Part shown: in pieces, positions 21,701 to 30,016 of the stretch
Position numbering within the stretch: position 1 is the stretch's first letter
Layout of the letters: every line of letters begins with the position of its first letter
Assembly (NCBI GenBank): GCA_965224245.1
Contig: OZ245046.1
Location: 6,112,001 to 6,176,000, forward strand
Origin: Candidatus Eiseniibacteriota bacterium
Lineage (GTDB): Bacteria; Eisenbacteria; RBG-16-71-46; CAZAMP01
Reading direction: 5' to 3'
Length of the DNA stretch: 64,000 nt
Program-made: the position numbers and the translations under genes
The notes under the pieces: generated by a model
Databases searched by the model: none
What the model was told of the DNA's origin: nothing
Seen by the model: only the letters and a program-made list of their open reading frames with translations

Positions 21701-24700
21701 TACGTCGCGAACAACGGCTCGGCGAACCGGCTGTTCCGCAACGACGGCGGAAGCTGGGTGGATGCCGCCACCGGCCCGCTCGCCGATGCGGGCCCCGGCG
21801 CTGGCGTGGCGTGGGGCGACTACGACAACGACGGGGATCTCGACCTCTACCTCGCCAACTTCAGCTCGGCGAACAAGCTCTTCCGCAACGACGGCGGCAC
21901 GTGGGTGGACGCGACCAGCGGTCCGCTCGGCAGCACTGCCGCGTCCTACGGGGTCGCGTGGGGCGACTACGACGGCGACGGAGACCTCGACCTCTACGTC
22001 TCGAACAACGGCACGGCCAACAAGCTCTTCCGCAACGACGCGGGCACGTGGGTGGACGCCACCAGCGGACCCCTGGGCAACGCGGGGCAGGGCCGGGGTG
22101 TGGCGTGGGGCGACTACGACAACGACGGGGACCTCGACCTCTACCTCGCCAACTTCAGCTCGGCGAACAAGCTCTTCCGCAACGACGTCGGGACGTGGGT
22201 GGACGCCACCAGCGGTCCGCTCGGAGACGCCGGTGGGGGCTTCGGCGTGGCATGGGGAGACCACGACAACGACGGGGACCTCGATCTCTATCTCGCGAAC
22301 TGGAACTCGGCGAACAGGCTCTTCCGCAACGACGATGGCACGTGGGTGGATGCCACGAGCCCTTCACTCGGCGATACGGGTCCGGGCCGAGGCGTGGCAT
22401 GGGGAGACCACGACGACGACGGCGACCTCGACCTCTACCTCGTCAACTACGGAGAGGCCAACAAGCTCTTCCGGAACGAGGTGGGGATCGAGAATCACTG
22501 GCTGCGGGTGAAGCTCCAGGGCACGGTGTCAAACTCTTACGGGATCGGCGCGCGGGTCCGGGTGACGGCGGGGGGCATCACACAGGTGCGCGAGCTGTCG
22601 GGTGGCTCGGGCTGGCTGTCGCAGGACGCGCCGAGCGCGAGCTTCGGGCTAGGTGCCTCGACGACGATCGATCAGCTCGAGGTGGTCTGGCCGAGCGGGC
22701 TGGTCCAGGTCGTCAGCCCACCGCCGACCGTCGACGGGATGATCACGGTGGTGGAAGACATCCCCTTCACCGACGCCACGAGCGCCCCGCTCGGGGACAC
22801 GGGGCAAGGCTATGGCGTGGCCTGGGGGGACTACGACGACGACGGCGACCTCGACGTCTATGTCGCCAACTACGCTTCCGCGAACAAGCTCTTCCGTAAC
22901 GACGGTGCAACGTGGGTGGATGCCACGAGCGGTCCACTCGGTGACACGGGCCCCGGCCGGGGGGTGGCCTGGGCAGACGCCGACAACGATGGGGATCTCG
23001 ACCTCTACCTCGCGAACGCCGGCACGGCGAACAAGCTGTTCCGCAACGATGGCGGGACGTGGGTGGACGCCACCGGCGGTCCACTCGGTGACTCGGGTAA
23101 CGGTCTTGGCGTGGCGTGGGGGGATTACGATAACGACGGCGACCTCGACCTCTATCTCGCGAACGGTACCACGGCGAACAAGCTGTTCCGCAACGACGGT
23201 GGAGCCTGGGTGGACGCCACGAGCGGCCCCCTCGGTGACTCTGGTCGTGGTCACTGCGTGGCGTGGGGAGACTACGACGACGACGGTGACCTCGACCTCT
23301 ATCTCACCAACATCGGGGAACCGAACAAGCTGTTCCGCAACGACGGTGGAGCATGGGTGGATGCCACGAGCGGCCTCCTCGGCGACTCGGGGATCGGCTA
23401 TGGCGTGGCCTGGGGGGACTACGACAATGACGGCGACGTTGATCTCTACGTTGTCAATTTCGATTCGGCTAACAAGCTCTTCCGCAACGATGACGGGACA
23501 TGGGTGGACGTCACTAGCGGTCCCCTCGGTGACGCGGGTGGCCGGGGTGTGGCGTGGGGGGACTATGACAACGATGGGGACCTCGACCTCTACGTCACCA
23601 GCGTGCATGCGGCGAACCGGCTGCTCCGCAACGATGGTGGAACGTGGGCAGATGTCACGAGTGGTCCTGTCGGTGATGTGGCCAGTGCCGGAGGCGTTGC
23701 ATGGGGGGACTATGACAACGATGGGGATGTCGATCTCTACCTCGCCAACGTGAGCACTGGGAACAAGCTCTTGCAGAACGAGGTGGGGAGCGAGAACCAC
23801 TGGCTGCAGGTCAGGCTCCAGGGGACGGTGTCGAACCGGGCGGGCATCGGAGCGCGGGTCCGGGTGACGGCGGGAGGCACCACACAGACGCGCGAGCTGT
23901 CGGGTGGCTCGGGCTACCTGTCGCAGGATGCGCTCATCGCGAGCTTCGGACTGGGCGCCACGTCGACGATCGATCAGCTCGATGTGACCTGGCCGGGCGG
24001 GCTCGTGCAGGTCGTGAGTCCGCCGCCGACCGTGGACGAGAGGATTACGGTGGTGGAAGCACCACCTTTCACGGACGTCACGAACGACCCGCTCGGCGAC
24101 GCCGGCTCGGGTCGGGGTGTGGCATGGGGGGACTACGACGACGACGGTGACCTCGATCTCTACCTCGTGAACAACGGCACGGCAAACAAGCTGTTCCGCA
24201 ACGACGGCGAAACGTGGGTGGAAGCCACGAGCGGCCCGCTCGGGGACACGGGCCTTGGACGAGGCGCGGCGTGGAGTGACGAGGACAACGACGGTGACCT
24301 GGACCTCTACCTCGCCAACTACAATTCCGCGAACAAGCTGTTCCGCAACGATGGCGGGATGTGGGTCGATGCCACGAGTGGTCCGCTCGGCGACACGGGA
24401 AACGGCTTTGGCGTGGCGTGGGGGGATTACGACAACGACGGGGATGTCGACCTCTATCTTGCCAACTACAACTCGGCGAACAAGCTGTTCCGCAACGACG
24501 GGGGGGTGTGGGTGGACGCGACGAGCGACCCGCTCGGCGACACCGACGGCCGGGGTGTGGCGTGGGGGGACTACGACGGCGACGGCGATCTCGACCTTTA
24601 CGTCGCCAACAACGGCACGGCGAACCAGCTGTTCCGCAATGACGGCGGCGCGTGGGTGGATGCCACCTCGAGCCCGCTGGACGACACAGGGTTTGGCCGG

Positions 24701-25672
24701 GGCGCGGCGTGGGCGGACTACGACAGCGACGGCGATCTTGATCTCTACCTCACCAACTACGAGTCACCAAACAAGCTGTTCCGCAACGACGGCGGAGCCT
24801 GGGTGGACGCCACCAGCGGTCCGCTGGGCGACACGGGTGGGGGCTTTGGCGTGGCGTGGGGCGACTACGACAACGATGGGGATGTCGACCTCTACCTCGC
24901 CAACGACGGTTCGGCCAACAAGCTGTTCCGCAACGACGGTGGGACGTGGGCGGAGGCCACGAGCGCTCCACTCGACGACACGGGGCAGGGCTATGGCGTG
25001 GCGTGGGGAGACTGCGATGACGATGGGGATCTCGACCTCTACCTCGTCAACTCCAGCTCGACCAACAGGCTCTTCCGCAACGAGGTGGGGAACGAGAACC
25101 ACTGGCTGCAGGTGAAGCTCCAGGGGACGGCGTCCAACCGGGCGGGCATCGGTGCGCGGGTCAGACTCACCGCGGGAGGCACCACGCAGCTCCGCGAGCT
25201 GTCGGGTGGCTCGGGCTACCTGTCGCAGGATGCCCTCACCGCGAGCTTCGGCCTCGGCTCCACGACGACGATCGACCAGCTCGAGGTGAGCTGGCCGAGC
25301 GGGATCCTGCAGGAGGTCGATCCCCCCGGTGTCGACCAGAAGATCACGGTCATCGAAGCGGATCTGCTCGGGGTGTTCCCCTTGACGATGCCGCGGCACA
25401 TCGTGCTCCATCCCGCCGCGCCGAATCCCTTCTCGGGCACGACGAGCATCCGCTACGACCTCCCCCGCCGGTCGAACGTCCACCTGCGGCTGTATGACGT
25501 GACGGGGCGTCTGCTGCGCGTGCTGGAGAGCTCCCCGCGGAGCGCGGGACGGCACGTGTCGGTGTGGGACGGCACGGACCGCGCCGGCGCGAAGGCGGCG
25601 CCAGGCGTGTACTTCTATCGACTGGAGACGGACGACTTCGGGGCCACGCGACGCGTCATGAGACTACGGTGA
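18758..25672 (+). CDS. Giant secreted CRTAC1-like protein: 5 x (7 FG-GAP/VCBS repeats + ASPIC-UnbV) + FlgD-Ig
   Basis: About 49-aa repeat VAWGDYDNDGDLDLYLAN..NKLFRNDGG; five NHWLQVKLQGTVSN..GLG..WPSG domains about 1.3 kb apart; signal peptide; C-terminal PNPF..WDGTD..PGVYFYRL. Confidence 0.9.
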   Translation: MLRISIGPGRTPLQLLLIVLLGSGGPAAAQTFVDVTNSALVDWGYGLGAAWGDYDDDGDLDLYVLNGGSDPNRLLRNDGGTWAVVTSGPLGDTGSGAGMAWGDYDNDGDLDLYVENWDSSNKLFRNDGGTWADATSGPLGDVEGGTTAWGDYDNDGDLDLYAARNVGPSKLIRNDGATWVDVTTDPLGDTRSNGFVAWGDYDNDGDLDLCVNGDYPASPRQFRNDGGAWVLVTLPTSHADCVASGDYDNDGDLDLYLGRTYDTLLRNDGGTWADATSDPIGYLPSDAACAAWGDYDNDGDLDLCVANRGLGSQEEHNLFRNDAGTWVDVAGGQLGGEYDQGFGVAWGDYDNDGDLDLYIVNYEGWNKLFRNEVGSKNHWLQVKLQGTVSNSAGIGAQVRLTAGGITQIRELSGGSGRSQDALIASFGLGATSTIDQLEVIWPSGLVQVVSPPPTMDERITVVEAPPFTDVTNDPLDHAGQSRGVAWGDYDDDGDLDLYLANNGSANKLFRNDGGTWVDATSGPVGDTNRGIGVAWGDYDDDGDLDLYLANDGSANKLFRNDGGTWVDATSGPVADTGDGRAVAWGDYDNDGDLDLYLANFGSANRLFRNDGGVWVDVTNDPLDDAGQSRGVAWGDYDDDGDLDLYLANNGTANKLFRNDGGTWVDATSGPLGDTGPASGVAWGDFDNDEDLDLYLANHGEANRLFRNDGGMWVDATSGPLGDTNGGLGVAWGDYDNDADLDLYLANNGAANKLFRNDDGTWVDATSGPFDDTGLGQSVAWGDYDEDGDLDLYLANSNSANKLFRNEVGSENHWLQVKLRGTVSNSAGIGARVRLTAGGVTQIRELSGGSGYLSQDALTASFGLGATTVIDQLEVVWPSGFVQVVSPPPAVDGTLTVVEDLLFTDVTSGPLGDTGQGQGVAWGDYDDDGDLDCYVGNYGQANKLFRNDAGAWVDATSGPLGDTGNVRGVAWGDYDDDGDLDLYVANNGSANRLFRNDGGSWVDAATGPLADAGPGAGVAWGDYDNDGDLDLYLANFSSANKLFRNDGGTWVDATSGPLGSTAASYGVAWGDYDGDGDLDLYVSNNGTANKLFRNDAGTWVDATSGPLGNAGQGRGVAWGDYDNDGDLDLYLANFSSANKLFRNDVGTWVDATSGPLGDAGGGFGVAWGDHDNDGDLDLYLANWNSANRLFRNDDGTWVDATSPSLGDTGPGRGVAWGDHDDDGDLDLYLVNYGEANKLFRNEVGIENHWLRVKLQGTVSNSYGIGARVRVTAGGITQVRELSGGSGWLSQDAPSASFGLGASTTIDQLEVVWPSGLVQVVSPPPTVDGMITVVEDIPFTDATSAPLGDTGQGYGVAWGDYDDDGDLDVYVANYASANKLFRNDGATWVDATSGPLGDTGPGRGVAWADADNDGDLDLYLANAGTANKLFRNDGGTWVDATGGPLGDSGNGLGVAWGDYDNDGDLDLYLANGTTANKLFRNDGGAWVDATSGPLGDSGRGHCVAWGDYDDDGDLDLYLTNIGEPNKLFRNDGGAWVDATSGLLGDSGIGYGVAWGDYDNDGDVDLYVVNFDSANKLFRNDDGTWVDVTSGPLGDAGGRGVAWGDYDNDGDLDLYVTSVHAANRLLRNDGGTWADVTSGPVGDVASAGGVAWGDYDNDGDVDLYLANVSTGNKLLQNEVGSENHWLQVRLQGTVSNRAGIGARVRVTAGGTTQTRELSGGSGYLSQDALIASFGLGATSTIDQLDVTWPGGLVQVVSPPPTVDERITVVEAPPFTDVTNDPLGDAGSGRGVAWGDYDDDGDLDLYLVNNGTANKLFRNDGETWVEATSGPLGDTGLGRGAAWSDEDNDGDLDLYLANYNSANKLFRNDGGMWVDATSGPLGDTGNGFGVAWGDYDNDGDVDLYLANYNSANKLFRNDGGVWVDATSDPLGDTDGRGVAWGDYDGDGDLDLYVANNGTANQLFRNDGGAWVDATSSPLDDTGFGRGAAWADYDSDGDLDLYLTNYESPNKLFRNDGGAWVDATSGPLGDTGGGFGVAWGDYDNDGDVDLYLANDGSANKLFRNDGGTWAEATSAPLDDTGQGYGVAWGDCDDDGDLDLYLVNSSSTNRLFRNEVGNENHWLQVKLQGTASNRAGIGARVRLTAGGTTQLRELSGGSGYLSQDALTASFGLGSTTTIDQLEVSWPSGILQEVDPPGVDQKITVIEADLLGVFPLTMPRHIVLHPAAPNPFSGTTSIRYDLPRRSNVHLRLYDVTGRLLRVLESSPRSAGRHVSVWDGTDRAGAKAAPGVYFYRLETDDFGATRRVMRLR

Positions 25673-25759
25673 TGACTCGACGTGGCTGCGCCTGCGGGTG
25701 GCCCGCGTGAGGTCCCAATGAACGGGACCGGGGCCGCAACGTCAGCTGCCGCTCGAACT

Positions 25760-25853
25760 CGTGGTGTCCGTAAATTGGCAACGAACCCGGCGGGCTGCCC
25801 AAGTTCCACGACCGGAGGGTCGCGTGAGGTCGTTCGAGTCTTCGGACACTACA
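25760..25853. mobile_element. 94-bp MITE-like element bounded by rve-IS-type inverted repeats
   Basis: Left CGTGGTGTCCGTAAATT; right end reverse complement TGTAGTGTCCGAAGACT; no TSD seen. Confidence 0.55.
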
Positions 25854-26137
25854 CCGAGGCGCTGGACGCATCACGACGGGCGATCCGCGAGGGCGAGGTG
25901 CTGCTCCCACGCCGGGGACCGGTGGTCGAGGCGTTCGCCACGCAGCTCGCGAACGATGCCAAGCGGCTCCTGGAGGACGAGGAGACGGGGGCGCAGAGCT
26001 ATCGGTACGTGAAGCTCGGGACCAACCACTACTCGCTGGCCTGGACCTACTGGCTGGCGATCGATCGCCTGGTGGTGTGGCCCACGCTGGATCGGCGGTT
26101 CATCCGTCGTCGACCGCGCCCCCGGCTGCCGCGGTGA
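25853..26137 (+). pseudogene. Second, diverged terminase large subunit C-terminal fragment
   Basis: TEALDASRRAIREGEVLLPRR..DAKRLLEDEETGAQSYRYVKLGTNHYSLA versus TEALDASRRAIRDGEIVLPRR..DAKQLVEDDETGAQHYRYVRVGTNHLSMA at 7295-7546. Confidence 0.85.
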
Positions 26138-26491
26138 TGGCCGTGCTGACGGGGTCGGGGAGAGCGCTCTCCCGAGGTGCCGAAACCGGTCACGACGGGC
26201 GTTCCGAACGCTCGAAACGGTCCTCACGCGCGTGTGAAACGTCCGAACCGTGACGCGGGAGGGGGCATCGATGCCCGAACGCGGACGCGGCGTGCCCTCG
26301 ATCGGCCCCTTCGAGACGCGACGGGCCGACCCGCCCGATCCTGTAACGCTTTGACACATGGACAGGTGGGGAGTTCAGGTCCTTCGGCGGTGCCCGGCGA
26401 CGGTGTGATTTGGTCGTGAAACCTGCCCCAAACCTGCCCCTTGGCCTGGAATCCGGCCCCTGGACGGCCACACAGGCGGTGTGTCGTACTC

Positions 26492-26515
26492 CGACACGGA
26501 AACGATTATGTGGCT
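26492..26515 (+). repeat. 24-bp conserved site downstream of terL, copy 2
   Basis: Identical to 7854-7877. Confidence 0.85.
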
Positions 26516-26762
26516 GTGAGTTACGGCTGTCTTGGGTTGCCCGATCCCTCGACGATGCAGCGACGCTGGACGGGGCTCCTGGGTCTGGGCAGGAAGGTGG
26601 AATGATGCAGTCGCATCATTGCGAGCGCCTCATTCCGAGTCCGGCCCGGACACTGGATTGGAGGACGAGATGGCTTTCTGGACCCGGCAGACGCGGGGGG
26701 CGTCCCCGCCCGTGACGTCAGACGTGGGCGAGGTGACGAAGCCGGAGCGTCTCGACACAAAC

Positions 26763-26802
26763 CAAGAGGCGATCCCTCCCAACCCGAGAGAATCGCCTCT
26801 TG
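26763..26802 (-). terminator. Probable intrinsic terminator of the 26819-29158 gene
   Basis: 11-bp stem CAAGAGGCGAT/ATCGCCTCTTG starting 16 nt after the stop, followed by GTTTGT on the minus strand. Confidence 0.55.
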
Positions 26803-26818
26803 ACAGGGTCATTCCATA

Positions 26819-29158
26819 TCACCGGGTGAGAACCAGCCGCTGGGTGATCGAGGACGACCCGTGTGAGAGCTGGACGAAGTAGACGCCTGACGGAACCTCG
26901 CGTCCGTGATCATCCCGTCCATCCCAGCCGAGCCGGTGAACACCCGCCGCGAGCATGGCGTGGGGTACCAGCCGGCGCAGCATCCGTCCGCGCGCGTCGT
27001 AGACCGACACGTGCGCCAGCGCCGGCCGGAGCAGCTGGAACGTCACGACCGTGGCCCGGCGGAACGGGCTCGGCGAGACCCCGAGCATGTGCTCGACCCT
27101 GTCCGCCGGCTGCTCGGGTGAGCCAGCCGACAGGGGACACGGATCGGAGCTCAACCGATAGCTGACCACGCGCTCATCGTTCCCCACGTGCCCGAGCGAG
27201 AGCATGTCGAACCGCATCGACACCGCCCATCCGAACTGGTCGATGCCCGCGGGATCCCGGAGCTTGTCGACGGGTAGCCAGTCCAACCCATCGAACTGGT
27301 AGACGTAGGCGGCGTCGGCATTGGCTGCGCCGGCGACGAGGACGTCCCCGCGAGCGTCCATCTCCCATCCGAACCAGTCGAAGCTGGAGCCGTCGGAGTC
27401 CCAGGCGGAGACGGTGGACGCGTGAACCCATCCCGTTCCGTCGTGTCGGTACACGTGACACCGGCCGGGGCCGGCGGCCGACGTGGACGCGGAGATGAAC
27501 AACCGGTCGCCCGTCACACTGTCGGAGGCGAGGACGACGTCGTCTCCGAAGCACTGCGCCGGCGACTGCGGCGGCAGGATCTCCTGTACCTGCTCGAAGC
27601 TCGACGACAGGGCGTCGTACTCGAAGACGTACGTCACGCCGAAATCCCCGCTGGCGAGCGGTGCTGCCCAGTCGGACACCACGATCATGTCCCGGATCTC
27701 CGACACCGGGGCGCCGGCGCGACCGATCGCGAGGCTTTCGCCGAACCCACTGAGCGACAGGACGTCGGGACCCCGTGTCGGCGTGATGGTGATCAGGGGC
27801 ACGATGCCCTCCGCGCCCGCGTAATCGAACATCTCCACGTAGGAGTCATTCCCCTTGGCGGAGCCGATCGCGAGGAACCCTTCCTCGACGACGTCCATGC
27901 CGTAGCCCCATGCCTCGGTGGAGGGCGAGACCGGCGCCAGCCGGTCGTACTCCGTCCAGGTCTCGCCGTCCGAATGGAAGACATACACGGCGTCGTCGTC
28001 GCCCCACGGCTGGTTGGCGATCAGCGCCAGGGGTGGGCTCATCACGACGCGGTAGCCGAACTGCTTGTCCGGACCGGGATCCGAAGGGAAGAGGGTCTGC
28101 TCGAGGTCCCAGCTCGCACCGTTCCACCGGTAGAGGTAGGCGGCCCCGCCGGCCGGGGCGAGGCTGTCGTCGAGCGGCGCCCCGACCAGCATCACGAATC
28201 GATCGTCGTAGTAGTCGAACTGAACGTCGACCGAGGCCCGGCCGAACCAGCCGGGGTCGCTGGGTTCGACGAGCTCCTCGAAGCAGATGTGGCAGGGCGA
28301 GGTGCCCTGGGCGTCCAGCGACACGTCGATCGGCTGGACCGAGTAGGGCGTCCAGCTGGAAAGCTGCTGGCCCGAGAGCGTCGTCCGCAGAATGCGACCC
28401 CCATCCCCGGCACCGGTCGTCCAGTACATCCGACCCCCGGGCAGATCCAGGATGAGGAACTGGGGCTCGGTCAGCCCGCTCACCAGCAGCGTCGCGTCGC
28501 TTCCGTCGAGCGACGCACGCCAGATCTCGCCGTCGGTGTTGTCACTCCAGTAGAGGTGGTCGGACTCGACATCCAGGGCCACGTCCCATGGAGACGTCAG
28601 GCCGCTGGCCAGAATCTCGAGGGACGATCCATCGAGGTTGGCTCTGTAGAGCCCTCTCGACGACGCATCGACCCAGTACATCGCGCCGGCATCCAGATCC
28701 AGCTCGATCCCCATCGGATCGCGCCCCGTGATGATTGTCTCCCGACCCGTGCCATCCAGGTTGGACCGCTCGATCCGACTGGCATCGATGTCACTCCAGT
28801 AGAGCTTGCCCGCCAGAGGATCCATGGTGATGTCGCGCGCCCGGAGGAGCCCCGTGGAGATCACGATCTCCACGTTCGACCCGTCGAGATTGGCACGTGA
28901 GATCGTGTCGTCGGTCTGATCCGTCCAGTAAACCTTCCCGCCGTCTATGTCCACGTGAATCCCGGAGGGATCGGTGAGACCGGACACGATCTCCGTCGGG
29001 GCACGTGGATTGCTGAGCGGCGCCCGAACGATGGCGCCGAGGTCATCGTCGGCCCACCACAGGTAGCGCAGGGCGTCACAAGGTGCTTGAGCGGCGGCGC
29101 CCAGCGCCGTAACCAGTGACAGCATAAGCAGATACGACAGAGAAAGAGATCGAGTCAT
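26819..29158 (-). CDS. Secreted YWTD (LDL-receptor class B) propeller + FG-GAP-like propeller + FlgD-Ig protein
   Basis: Signal peptide from ATG 29158; YWTD/YWSD/YWVD..RANLDGS repeats; LVGAP..GAAYLY repeats; WDGRDDHGREVPSGVYF. Confidence 0.85.
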   Translation of the reverse strand: MTRSLSLSYLLMLSLVTALGAAAQAPCDALRYLWWADDDLGAIVRAPLSNPRAPTEIVSGLTDPSGIHVDIDGGKVYWTDQTDDTISRANLDGSNVEIVISTGLLRARDITMDPLAGKLYWSDIDASRIERSNLDGTGRETIITGRDPMGIELDLDAGAMYWVDASSRGLYRANLDGSSLEILASGLTSPWDVALDVESDHLYWSDNTDGEIWRASLDGSDATLLVSGLTEPQFLILDLPGGRMYWTTGAGDGGRILRTTLSGQQLSSWTPYSVQPIDVSLDAQGTSPCHICFEELVEPSDPGWFGRASVDVQFDYYDDRFVMLVGAPLDDSLAPAGGAAYLYRWNGASWDLEQTLFPSDPGPDKQFGYRVVMSPPLALIANQPWGDDDAVYVFHSDGETWTEYDRLAPVSPSTEAWGYGMDVVEEGFLAIGSAKGNDSYVEMFDYAGAEGIVPLITITPTRGPDVLSLSGFGESLAIGRAGAPVSEIRDMIVVSDWAAPLASGDFGVTYVFEYDALSSSFEQVQEILPPQSPAQCFGDDVVLASDSVTGDRLFISASTSAAGPGRCHVYRHDGTGWVHASTVSAWDSDGSSFDWFGWEMDARGDVLVAGAANADAAYVYQFDGLDWLPVDKLRDPAGIDQFGWAVSMRFDMLSLGHVGNDERVVSYRLSSDPCPLSAGSPEQPADRVEHMLGVSPSPFRRATVVTFQLLRPALAHVSVYDARGRMLRRLVPHAMLAAGVHRLGWDGRDDHGREVPSGVYFVQLSHGSSSITQRLVLTR

Positions 29159-29314
29159 CGTGACCCCCCGAGGTTGCAGACCCGTTACCGGGAACGGGCG
29201 ATCCTCGTGGGCCACTCCCCGAAGAGACCACCCCTGCTGTGTTACGCGCAGGAGGGGGATGGAACCGGCCACGAAAAGGCAGGAACGGGGCTGTCGAACC
29301 CGGAGAGGGACTGG

Positions 29315-29884
29315 CTACGCGCGCTCGCTCAGGCGCCGATGGAGCCACGCACGCCCGTACGTCCAGAGGCGCCGCACCGTTCTCGGCGAGACGCCGATGC
29401 ATTCGGCGACCTCGTCGATCGGTAGCCCGGAGAAGAACCGCAGCTCCACGACCCGCGCCGAGTCGGGGGCGACGGCGGCCAGCTTGCCGAGCGCATCGTC
29501 CAGTGCGACGTAGTCGATCCGGAGGGCGTTGGCTCCGAGGGTCGCCGCCTCGTCGAGCGGCACCGTGGATGTGCCTCGGCCGCGCCGATGACTGCCCCGG
29601 CGTCTGGCGTGATCGACCAGGATGCGCCTCATGGCGATGGCCGCGAGCGCCATGAAGTGTGCGCGGTCGTTGACGCGGGCGCGAGTCTGATCGACGAGGC
29701 GGAGGTACGCCTCGTGCACGAGCTCGGTGGCCTGGAGGGTATGATCCGGCCGCTCCCCGGCCAGATAGGATTGCGCCAACCGGTGCAGCTCGCGATAGAC
29801 GATGGGCAGCACGTCGGCGTAGGCGGAGGAATCTCCGTCCGCCGTGGCCTGCAGCAGCTCGGTGAGGTCGCGACGTCGTGCCAA
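29315..29884 (-). CDS. ECF RNA polymerase sigma factor (TIGR02999-like, kinase-associated)
   Basis: VYRELHRLA, HTLQATELVHEAYLRL, AMRRILVDHAR, VVELRFFSGL; TTG start after AAGGGGGAG. Confidence 0.9.
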   Translation of the reverse strand: MARRRDLTELLQATADGDSSAYADVLPIVYRELHRLAQSYLAGERPDHTLQATELVHEAYLRLVDQTRARVNDRAHFMALAAIAMRRILVDHARRRGSHRRGRGTSTVPLDEAATLGANALRIDYVALDDALGKLAAVAPDSARVVELRFFSGLPIDEVAECIGVSPRTVRRLWTYGRAWLHRRLSERA

Positions 29885-30016
29885 ACTCGACTCCCCCTTC
29901 AGCCGACTCCGAATGCTGCTATATACTAGCAAAGAAGTCACTTCAGGCGATTGCCGGTGATCTCCGCGTCCTCGTGGCGCCGGACGCCGGGCTCGTTCGA
30001 TCGACGCCGGGGGCCG

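Noticed and set aside
19610-22264. 884-aa minus-strand ORF and similar long antisense ORFs (1656-2936, 30278-31969, 46923-49142, 57812-59428)
   Set aside because: Shadow frames of high-GC genes with clear motifs on the opposite strand
18890-25080. Regular ~147-bp repeats as a CRISPR array
   Set aside because: They are in-frame FG-GAP coding repeats with synonymous variation and no unique spacers
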